NCBI GenBank assembly: GCA_024405635.1
Contig: JAKSOL010000006.1
Location: forward strand, 65,250 to 129,249
Direction of reading: 5' to 3'
DNA length: 64,000 bases
From: Salinivirgaceae bacterium
Lineage (GTDB): Bacteria; Bacteroidota; Bacteroidia; Bacteroidales; SZUA-534
Part shown: positions 49,133-57,626 of the stretch, one piece after another
How positions within the stretch are numbered: the first letter of the stretch is position 1
How the letters are laid out: every line of letters starts with the position of its first letter
The notes under the pieces: generated by a model
What the model saw: only the letters and a program-made list of their open reading frames with translations
Database searches by the model: none
Told to the model about the DNA's origin: nothing
Made by a program: the position numbers and the translations under genes

Positions 49133-51637
49133 ATGACTAACGAAAATAAAACTAACCTAGCCGACGATAATGTAACCACACTAGCCGACATGAAAAGTGG
49201 TTCACAAGGCATTATTGTTAAAGTAAACGGTCATGGCGGTTTCAGACATCGAATAATGGAAATGGGATTTGTTAGAGGCGAAAAAGTGTCGGTAGTAAAA
49301 AATGCCCCGTTGCAAGATCCTATTGAATACCGAATAATGGACAGTCACATTTCGTTACGTCGAAATGAAGCTCACCACATTGAAATTGTTCAAGTTGACG
49401 AAATGCTTGACAATAGTCGATATAGTTCAACCAAAACCTTTTCGGAAGAAATACAAAAAACCATTACCGAAAAAACAAACACAATAACCGTTGCTTTGGT
49501 TGGCAATCCAAACTGCGGAAAAACCTCGCTTTTTAACCATGCCACTGGACTACGCGAACGCGTTGGCAACTACAGTGGAGTAACTGTATCGTCAAAAATT
49601 GGCACTTTTTACCACAATGGTTACACGATAAACATGGTCGATTTGCCAGGAACATACTCAATGACAGAATATTCACCAGAAGAATTATATGTTCGCGACT
49701 ACCTTACAGAACATCATCCCGATGTGGTGCTAAACGTTGTTGACTCAACCAATCTGGAGCGCAACCTATTCTTAACCACACAGTTAATTGACATGAACCT
49801 ACGTTTGGTTATGGCACTTAACATGTTCGACGAGTTTGAACGTAGCGGCTCGGCACTCGATTGCACTCAACTTGAAAATATGCTTGGCTTTCCTTGTGTT
49901 CCAACCGATGCAAGGGCAGGAAAGGGTATTGACCATGTGCTGCAACATATAATAACTGTTTACAACGAATCGGAAGTAGTTACCAAACACATACACATTA
50001 ACTACGGCGCCGAACTTGAGCAAGCTATAAACAAAATAAAAGCACAAATAGTTGGCAACCAACAAATTGCAGTCGATTTCCCTTATAGATACATTGCAAT
50101 TAAGTTGCTTGAAAACGATTCGGTAACAACAAATTACATAAGTCAGGCCATTGATAATAGCACTCAACTGATGAACGAAGTCAAACATCAACGCGAATAT
50201 ATTGAAACAGAGTTTGCCGAAGATGCCTCAAGTGTTATTGCCAATAGCAAATATGGTTTTATTAGAGGTGCGCTTAAAGAAACACTAACAAAAACCAAAA
50301 TAAACGACGAGAAAAAAGAACTTGCCTATGCTGTTGATGTTGTGCTTACCAATCGCTGGCTAGGGTTTCCTGTGCTAATACTCTTCATGTGGATAATGTT
50401 TCAAGCAACTTTCACACTTGGCGAATACCCAATGAATTGGATTGAGACTGGGGTAGCATGGTTTGGCTCGTTTGTTGGTCAACTTTTGGGCGATGGCATG
50501 CTACGAGACCTTGTTGTTGACGGCATAATTGCTGGAGTTGGCGGTGTGATAGTCTTTTTGCCAAACATTTTAATCCTATTTTTCTTTCTATCGTTGTTTG
50601 AAGACACTGGTTACATGGCTCGCGCGGCCTTCATTATGGACAAAATAATGCATCGTATGGGTTTGCACGGAAAATCGTTCATTCCGCTCATTTCCGGTTT
50701 TGGCTGCGGAGTTCCTGGCATAATGGCCACACGCACACTCGAAAATCCTAAAGACCGCATAATAACAATGGTTTCAGTGCCTTTCATGTCGTGTTCGGCA
50801 CGCCTGCCTGTTTACTTATTGTTTGTTTCGGCTTTTTTTGATAGCAATCGCGGACTAGTGCTCATGTCAATTTACCTTATTGGTATTGTTATGGCTGCAC
50901 TTACTGCAATGCTTTTAAACCGAACAAAATTCAAAGGCAAATCAGAACAGTTTGTAATGGAGTTGCCACCTTACCGAATACCAACATTACGCAACACTCT
51001 GATTCACATGTGGGAAAAATCGGTTCACTATTTGCAAAAAATGGGAACAGTTATTCTACTTGCATCTATTATTATTTGGATGCTGAACTATTTCCCACGT
51101 TCAAGTGAGAAAATTGAGGCCATAAACTCACAGATTGAACTTGTGCAAAACACTTCAACCTATACTACAGAACAAAAAGCACAGATTATTGATAGTCTGC
51201 AAATTACAAAAGCATCAGCACACACCGAAAACTCGTACATTGGACGAATTGGGCATGCTATTGCTCCGATTGTAAAACCACTTGGTTTTGGTTGGGAAAT
51301 GGGTGTGAGTTTACTCACTGGAGCTGCAGCTAAGGAAATTGTAGTGTCGTCAATGGGCATTTTATACCAAGCCGATAGTAACGCCGACGAAGAATCAGAT
51401 GCTCTAAAAAACGCCATTATAAACCACAAAGCCGGTCCCGACACTTACCCAATTACTCCGCTAGTGGCATATAGCTTTATGATTTTCATTCTGCTTTATT
51501 TCCCTTGCATAGCAGCCACTTCGGCCATTGCAAAAGAGTCAAATTGGTGGTGGGCTTTGTTTGTTGTCTTTTATTCAACTGCAGTAGCTTGGATTTTCTC
51601 ATTTGCCATCTATCAAATTGGCAGCTTGTTTATATGA
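49133..51637 (+). CDS. feoB: Ferrous iron transporter FeoB with fused N-terminal FeoA domain
   Basis: FeoA (RIMEMGF..G...APLQDPI); GNPNCGKT, DLPGTYS, NMFD; GFGC.VP, PFMSCSARLP. Confidence 0.96.
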   Translation: MTNENKTNLADDNVTTLADMKSGSQGIIVKVNGHGGFRHRIMEMGFVRGEKVSVVKNAPLQDPIEYRIMDSHISLRRNEAHHIEIVQVDEMLDNSRYSSTKTFSEEIQKTITEKTNTITVALVGNPNCGKTSLFNHATGLRERVGNYSGVTVSSKIGTFYHNGYTINMVDLPGTYSMTEYSPEELYVRDYLTEHHPDVVLNVVDSTNLERNLFLTTQLIDMNLRLVMALNMFDEFERSGSALDCTQLENMLGFPCVPTDARAGKGIDHVLQHIITVYNESEVVTKHIHINYGAELEQAINKIKAQIVGNQQIAVDFPYRYIAIKLLENDSVTTNYISQAIDNSTQLMNEVKHQREYIETEFAEDASSVIANSKYGFIRGALKETLTKTKINDEKKELAYAVDVVLTNRWLGFPVLILFMWIMFQATFTLGEYPMNWIETGVAWFGSFVGQLLGDGMLRDLVVDGIIAGVGGVIVFLPNILILFFFLSLFEDTGYMARAAFIMDKIMHRMGLHGKSFIPLISGFGCGVPGIMATRTLENPKDRIITMVSVPFMSCSARLPVYLLFVSAFFDSNRGLVLMSIYLIGIVMAALTAMLLNRTKFKGKSEQFVMELPPYRIPTLRNTLIHMWEKSVHYLQKMGTVILLASIIIWMLNYFPRSSEKIEAINSQIELVQNTSTYTTEQKAQIIDSLQITKASAHTENSYIGRIGHAIAPIVKPLGFGWEMGVSLLTGAAAKEIVVSSMGILYQADSNADEESDALKNAIINHKAGPDTYPITPLVAYSFMIFILLYFPCIAATSAIAKESNWWWALFVVFYSTAVAWIFSFAIYQIGSLFI

Positions 51638-51807
51638 ACTCAACCATACAAACCATAATTGTAGCACTAATTTGTGTTGTTGCCATAGGTGTAGCAGGCC
51701 GAAAATTGCTACGCACTATTAATGGCAAAAACTCGTGCAGCCACTGCAACGGCAATTGCTCTATGTGCGACCAAAACAATAAAGCAAAGCATCAAGAAAA
51801 CGAATGA
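51634..51807 (+). CDS. FeoB-associated Cys-rich membrane protein
   Basis: ATGA overlap with the feoB stop; MNSTIQTIIVALICVVAIG TM then CSHCNGNCSMC. Confidence 0.8.
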   Translation: MNSTIQTIIVALICVVAIGVAGRKLLRTINGKNSCSHCNGNCSMCDQNNKAKHQENE

Positions 51808-51922
51808 AAAACACAATGATTCTTTGTTAATTTCTTGTACATAACGCGCTCATTTATTACGCAATAGAGGGCCCAAAAAACCACTCATTTGGTTATTTTT
51901 GTTCGTTAAGTATTCAATGTAT

Positions 51923-54900
51923 ATGGAACAAGAAAATCAAACACCAATTGTAGTGAAAAAACGTCGCTGGCCTAAGTTTTTGCTTAAAACTTTTGCTTGG
52001 ATAATTGGGTTACTTTTAACCATTTTAGTGTCGCTTGTACTCATTGCCGAGTATGCCGAAGACGATGTGGTTCAATTAGTTATGCCAAGTGTTGAAGAAA
52101 CCATTAACGCTCCAATTAAAATTGGAAAAGTGTCGTTATCGTTCATTCACAGCTTTCCGTACACCACTCTCAAAATTGAAGATGTGTACCTCGGCAGTTC
52201 AAAAAACAACACAAAAACCGACTCGCTTGTAAAAGTTAGCAACCTCTACATATCGGTTGAAACTGAACCATTGCTCGACGGTATAATTAACGTTACCGAA
52301 GTTGAATTCAGCAACGCTACCATTAAATATTTGGTTGAAAAAGACGGATCAACCTGTTTCGATTTTCTTATGCCAACCGATACAGTTGAAGAAGAACCCG
52401 TTGACACAACAACAACTTCGCTCAACATCGACTTGCGCAAAATAACAATCGAAAACATAACCGCCATTTACGACGACCGCTCGCTGGGCGCAAAAGCCGT
52501 TGTAAACATTCCAAAAATTATTGCAAAAGGTAGAATGAACGACAGCGTGATACAAGCCGCAGTTAAAGGCAACGTGGTACTTAAAAGCGTTGACTATGAC
52601 TCGACTAACGTAAACCGCTTGCGCAAAGGCGAACTAAACATTGATGTAGATTATGCCAACAACGGAGTAGAACTCAACAACATAGCTCTTGCCATTGACG
52701 ACATTTTAATAAACGCAACTGGTACCGTAAACCTCGACAGCCTAATGATGGCCGACCTTACTATTGAAAGCAACGAAATAATAATTGATAGCCTGATGAA
52801 ATTCTTGCCAGACGGCATGCTATCAGAATTTGGAGTAAACCGCGTGAGCGGCGCGTTGGCTTTTAATGCAACCGCAAAAGGCAACTTGCTCGACACTACA
52901 CAATATCCACATGTAGAAGCAACCGTATCGTTTAGCAACGGTTTAGCCGACGTGGTTGATGTTCCGCTTGTAAGCAACCTTAATCTTGCCGCTAACATTA
53001 CCACTGGCGACAAAAACACCGACGAAACCATTGCGGTTGACATTACCAAACTACACCTCAATCTTCCTCATAGCGCTATTGACTTTACAGCTTCGGTTAA
53101 AAACCTGAACCAAATAGGATACAAAGCAAACGGCAACATTGCGCTATCAATTGAAGATATTAAATCGTTCATTCCTAACGATTTAGGCATCTCAAAAATT
53201 TATGGCGATGTTAAACTAAAACTTGCAACTCGCGGTACTTTTTATGGCGATGTTGACAACAAATTTATTGAACGCGCACTACACAACACCTCCGCCGATG
53301 TTAATATTATTGACTTTGGTGTAACCATGGACAGCGTAATTGTACTCGACACTTTGAACGGTAAAATAAACTACACCAACTACAACGTTACAATTGACGA
53401 ACTTGGCATGTCGCTACCCGAATATCAAATAAAACTCAGCAACACCGCATTAGCAATGCAAATTTTAGGCGACATTTTCGATATGGACAAATTGGGCATC
53501 GACCTAAGCAAAATGCACACCGAAATAGGCAACAGCAAGTTCGATGTAACCGCAAACCTAATAAACTGCAACATTCCAACATTCAAAGCCACCCTAGGCG
53601 CCAATGTTGACATAAACGATTTTTGGGCATTTATACCCGACAGCCTTATAAACTCAATCAACGGTGGAGTATCCGCCAACGTTTCAACCTTCGGCACCAT
53701 TAACCTCGAAACAATGTCTGACGCCGAAATAAACAGCATAATAGGCAACACATCGGTAAACGTAAACCTAAACAACCTTACCGCCGACATGTTCGACCCA
53801 TTCTTGTCGTTTAGCAACCTTAACGGTAAAATCGACTTTGCAACCGATTTGCTACAAGTTAACAAAATGGGCATCAACTGGAAAGGCATCAACTTAAGTG
53901 TCGATTCGCTAACAGTTGAAAATCTAGTTAAGATTTTTGTTGAAGAAAAAGCCGGCGAAAAAATTTTGGTTGAAGGCAAATTTGATGTTGACGAATTTGA
54001 CTACGCCTTGATTGACGAACTTTTCCCAACCGACACCACTGCAGTTGAAGAACCCGAACAACTTGCTGAAACCGAAACAATTGCCGAAGACGAAACTCCA
54101 ATTCCATCGTACGTGGCAAAAGGTAAATTCTCGCTCGGCAAATTGATTTATGGCAAATCAACCTTTACCGATATTAATGGTTTGTTTAACGTGAGCGACA
54201 CTGTGTATATAGTTGACCAACTGAAACTTAACGCATTCAACGGCAAAATAAACGCATCGGTTCGCGCCAAAATGTTACCCGACGACAAAATTGAAACCTA
54301 CTTTAAAGCCAAAGTCGATTCAATGGACCTAAACCAAATACTTGTCGAATTTGACAACTTTGACCAAACCGACATCACAAACGAAAACCTATCGGGTTTA
54401 CTCTCCACCGACATCAACGGCTACGTTTACTTGCTCGACATGGGCGACTCAATACCAATGGACAAAATTCGCTTTATGGGCGATTTCCGTCTTGACGATG
54501 GTAACATTAAAGACCTTGAAATGCTTAAAGGAATTGCCAAATTCACCAACCTACGCGACTTGAACAACATTCAGTTCCAAACATTAAAAACCAGCGTATT
54601 TATGTACCACGATGCCGTTTACTTGCCTCAAACCGACATTAAAAGTACCACTATGAACGTATCGGCTTTTGGAATGCAAGAAATGACAAGCGGCGACTTT
54701 GGCTATCATATAAAGATTTTCCCTGGCGAAATTTTGCGAGGCAAATCGAAAAAAGTGATAAAAGCCCAAGCAAAAATGAAAGACAACCTTGCCGAAGAAA
54801 AAGGCTTGCCATCAATGAACCTTGTTGCTTACGACTTGAAAGGCAATTCAAAATACGGATTCGACACCAAATCGATGCACAAGTCGATGACCACCAAAAT

Positions 54901-54991
54901 AAAAATGCAACAAAAAATGCTTGAGTTGCTGTTCCATCCTCGTTTGGTTAAATACAACACCAACACCAAGTTCGACACCACTAAAAAATGA
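51923..54991 (+). CDS. AsmA-like protein
   Basis: N-terminal TM, SFIHSFPY motif, long beta-rich body with repeated modules; ATG 51923. Confidence 0.8.
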   Translation: MEQENQTPIVVKKRRWPKFLLKTFAWIIGLLLTILVSLVLIAEYAEDDVVQLVMPSVEETINAPIKIGKVSLSFIHSFPYTTLKIEDVYLGSSKNNTKTDSLVKVSNLYISVETEPLLDGIINVTEVEFSNATIKYLVEKDGSTCFDFLMPTDTVEEEPVDTTTTSLNIDLRKITIENITAIYDDRSLGAKAVVNIPKIIAKGRMNDSVIQAAVKGNVVLKSVDYDSTNVNRLRKGELNIDVDYANNGVELNNIALAIDDILINATGTVNLDSLMMADLTIESNEIIIDSLMKFLPDGMLSEFGVNRVSGALAFNATAKGNLLDTTQYPHVEATVSFSNGLADVVDVPLVSNLNLAANITTGDKNTDETIAVDITKLHLNLPHSAIDFTASVKNLNQIGYKANGNIALSIEDIKSFIPNDLGISKIYGDVKLKLATRGTFYGDVDNKFIERALHNTSADVNIIDFGVTMDSVIVLDTLNGKINYTNYNVTIDELGMSLPEYQIKLSNTALAMQILGDIFDMDKLGIDLSKMHTEIGNSKFDVTANLINCNIPTFKATLGANVDINDFWAFIPDSLINSINGGVSANVSTFGTINLETMSDAEINSIIGNTSVNVNLNNLTADMFDPFLSFSNLNGKIDFATDLLQVNKMGINWKGINLSVDSLTVENLVKIFVEEKAGEKILVEGKFDVDEFDYALIDELFPTDTTAVEEPEQLAETETIAEDETPIPSYVAKGKFSLGKLIYGKSTFTDINGLFNVSDTVYIVDQLKLNAFNGKINASVRAKMLPDDKIETYFKAKVDSMDLNQILVEFDNFDQTDITNENLSGLLSTDINGYVYLLDMGDSIPMDKIRFMGDFRLDDGNIKDLEMLKGIAKFTNLRDLNNIQFQTLKTSVFMYHDAVYLPQTDIKSTTMNVSAFGMQEMTSGDFGYHIKIFPGEILRGKSKKVIKAQAKMKDNLAEEKGLPSMNLVAYDLKGNSKYGFDTKSMHKSMTTKIKMQQKMLELLFHPRLVKYNTNTKFDTTKK

Positions 54992-55620
54992 ACAAACGCA
55001 AAGCCTTTATAATATTAGCCTTAGCCGCAATTGTTGCAATAGTAGCAATTGCGGCTTTGCGCCATTATAAACGCACTAACTTTGAATTACGCTACGTAAA
55101 AACCAAAGTTGACATTACCCAAAACGATTGGGACATTGTGCTTGGCAACGATTCGGCACAACTGACTATTATAATGTATGTGAACTACAACTGCACATAC
55201 TGCCATCGATTTTTAAACATCGACTACAAGTATTTGAAAGAAAAATATGTTGACAACGGACTTGTTAAGTTTGTTTTGAAACCCATTGACTTAACTGGCA
55301 ACAAACAATCAATTATGGCATTACAAATGGCCATCTGCCTAAACCAAATTGGCGAGTTGACCGACTATCACGACATTTTGTTACTTGAACCTCATTCAAT
55401 TTACACCAACGAATTTGCCGACTTTTTAACCGATTTGGCCGAAAACAATCAAATAGTGGGCGAGTGCGTTAATAATAATTGCAACTATGTTGAACTAAAC
55501 AACAAAGAATTTAATACTTTGGGCCTGAAAGGAACACCTGCTTTTGTTATTGGCAACAAAGTGTATAAAGGCTACCGAAAACTGAAATATTTTGAACAGA
55601 TAATTAATACAAATCTTTAA
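54988..55620 (+). CDS. DsbA-family thioredoxin-fold protein
   Basis: LGN..A.LTII.Y.NYNCTYC, GTPAFVIG; ATGA overlap with the AsmA-like gene. Confidence 0.85.
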   Translation: MNKRKAFIILALAAIVAIVAIAALRHYKRTNFELRYVKTKVDITQNDWDIVLGNDSAQLTIIMYVNYNCTYCHRFLNIDYKYLKEKYVDNGLVKFVLKPIDLTGNKQSIMALQMAICLNQIGELTDYHDILLLEPHSIYTNEFADFLTDLAENNQIVGECVNNNCNYVELNNKEFNTLGLKGTPAFVIGNKVYKGYRKLKYFEQIINTNL

Positions 55621-55633
55621 AAAACACAGAACT

Positions 55634-56020
55634 ATGAACAAACGATTTTTTCTAGCTGCATTTGTTGCAGCAGCATTGTGCCTTCCAAGTTGTGGCGACG
55701 ATCCAGAAGTAGATACAGGTTGCGAATCTGCTGACAATGTTACTTTAGTAAACAAAACAAAAGAACCACAAAAGTTTGCAGCAGCTGAAGGCGAAAGCAA
55801 AGAAGAATCATGCGACATTTCGCAAGCTACTGTATGTTCCGACGACAATGGTGATGTTTACTACTCATACAACGGCGAAAAATATGTTGATGCTAACGAT
55901 TTGATTGATGTTATGTGCCCAAATGCAAGTGCACATGTTCGTGAATTGGCCACTTTCAAAATTTCGGCTCGCGTTCAAAATCTTATGTTAAAAGTTCGCA
56001 ACAACGTTGCAATTTACTAA
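55634..56020 (+). CDS. Cys-rich lipoprotein of unknown function
   Basis: Lipobox LPSC; four further Cys in the mature part. Confidence 0.75.
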   Translation: MNKRFFLAAFVAAALCLPSCGDDPEVDTGCESADNVTLVNKTKEPQKFAAAEGESKEESCDISQATVCSDDNGDVYYSYNGEKYVDANDLIDVMCPNASAHVRELATFKISARVQNLMLKVRNNVAIY

Positions 56021-56043
56021 ACAACGGTTATTTACAACTCATT

Positions 56044-56078
56044 AAAAAAGGCTGACAGTTTAACTGCCAGCCTTTTTT
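56044..56078 (+). terminator. Intrinsic terminator
   Basis: AAAAAAGGCTGACAGTT/AACTGCCAGCCTTTTTT stem. Confidence 0.8.
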
Positions 56079-56159
56079 AGTATTAATCGTTTATCATATT
56101 CAAACATTGGACCAAACACAAAAAACTTACTTGAAATTTTTAAAACACATAATATTTAT

Positions 56160-56218
56160 CATAAAAATATATGCCATAAAAATATATGCCATAAAAATAT
56201 ATGCCATAAAAATATATG
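56160..56218. repeat. 15-bp tandem repeat, about 3.9 copies (CATAAAAATATATGC)
   Basis: Three perfect units plus 14 nt of a fourth. Confidence 0.95.
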
Positions 56219-56596
56219 ATTACAGCTAAATAATTTAAATCATTTATATAAGTTTACCGCATCACCATTCTTCATACTCAACCCAAAACCAACCACACCA
56301 AGTTGTTTATGAACTAAAGTGATAGAAGTTAAACGCAGAAAACGTTTTGTTTTACTGGTTTTGTGCCAAGAAGAGCAACTACACCCACGTTTTTTGTTTT
56401 TATACCTCTTGATATTTTATTGTTTACAAGCTGCTGGGTGTGTGGCGCAAACCTTTTTTGCACAAAACAGACAACACAACTATGTAGAGCCATTGACCAA
56501 CAAGGTTGGAGAAATTGGCAAAGAAAAGCCAAACAATTAAAGGTAAATGAGCAAGCCTTAAGTTGCTCAGAAAACTAAATACTTCTTAAAACAATT

Positions 56597-57613
56597 ATGA
56601 AAAAAATATTTATGGCAATAGTTGCAGTGGCTATTGCAAGCGCATCGTTTGCGCAAGGAATTGAAGTTACTGAAACACAAAATGTATTGTCAGGAAAGAG
56701 TTATTTTAAGGGTAATGTTGGAATTGGTGCATCGGCAAGTACAAGTTACGGATTATGGGTTCTTTCCAATTCATATTTTAATGGTAACGCATACATTCCA
56801 CAAGGATTACTCAAGGCAAAGGAAATTCAATATACTATGTCATGCTCGAAAGCATCCGACAAGCGCTTCAAGAAAAACATTAAAAACTTGCCAACCGAAG
56901 TAGTATCAAAGTTGAAACAAATTGAAAGCAAAACCTACCAATACAAAAGCCAAGACGAGTTGCTAACTCTTTATCAATCAGTGAATGGCGACACAGCGCA
57001 AGTAAAATACTTTAACACCAACCGCGACCAATACGGTTTTCTTGCACAAGATTTTGAAAAAGTATTCCCAGAACTGGTTTACACCGATTCAGTTGGCTTA
57101 AAATCAATTGATTACATTTCGTTAATTCCAATTTTAATACAAGCTATTCAAGAACAGCAAACGCACATTGAATACTTGTTGGCAAATGCCGAAATAAAAA
57201 CCAACAACGGCAACCATAATGGACAAGACAATGGTAATGGCAACAATAAAAACAACGGAAATAATGGAAATGGAAAAGCCAAAAACTCTAATAGCAATGC
57301 CCAAATAGCCTTAAAAGCTACCAAACCAGCTGAATTGCAAGAAACCGAAACCGAAAACGCATTGTTCCAAAACACACCAAATCCATTTAGCCAAGAGACT
57401 CAAATTGAGTACACACTTGCCAACGATGCCCAAAATGCAATGATTTGCATTTACAACATGAACGGAGAACAATTGCGTTGTTTCCCACTAAACATTGAAA
57501 GCAGCGGCGTAATAACCATTGAAGGCAACGACCTAAAAGCTGGCATGTACCTTTACTCGCTATTAGTTGACGACCAACTGATTGACACAAAACGCATGGT
57601 GCTAACTTTCTAA
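56597..57613 (+). CDS. Peptidase S74 (intramolecular chaperone) domain protein with T9SS C-terminal sorting domain
   Basis: Signal peptide; SDKRFKKNI, YGFLAQD..VFPELV, IDY..LIPILIQAIQEQQ; Asn/Gly linker; QNTPNPF...IYNMNG...AGMYLYSL..D...TKRMV CTD. Confidence 0.88.
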   Translation: MKKIFMAIVAVAIASASFAQGIEVTETQNVLSGKSYFKGNVGIGASASTSYGLWVLSNSYFNGNAYIPQGLLKAKEIQYTMSCSKASDKRFKKNIKNLPTEVVSKLKQIESKTYQYKSQDELLTLYQSVNGDTAQVKYFNTNRDQYGFLAQDFEKVFPELVYTDSVGLKSIDYISLIPILIQAIQEQQTHIEYLLANAEIKTNNGNHNGQDNGNGNNKNNGNNGNGKAKNSNSNAQIALKATKPAELQETETENALFQNTPNPFSQETQIEYTLANDAQNAMICIYNMNGEQLRCFPLNIESSGVITIEGNDLKAGMYLYSLLVDDQLIDTKRMVLTF

Positions 57614-57626
57614 TATTGTGAGTGAT

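Noticed and set aside
49133-49400. FeoA-FeoB fusion as a novelty
   Set aside because: Common in Bacteroidetes
56319-56578. Three short overlapping ORFs before the S74 gene
   Set aside because: Mutually overlapping, weak starts, no motifs; more likely untranslated leader
57200-57300. Asn/Gly-rich AAC/GGC stretch as a DNA repeat element
   Set aside because: A low-complexity protein linker with no regular nucleotide period
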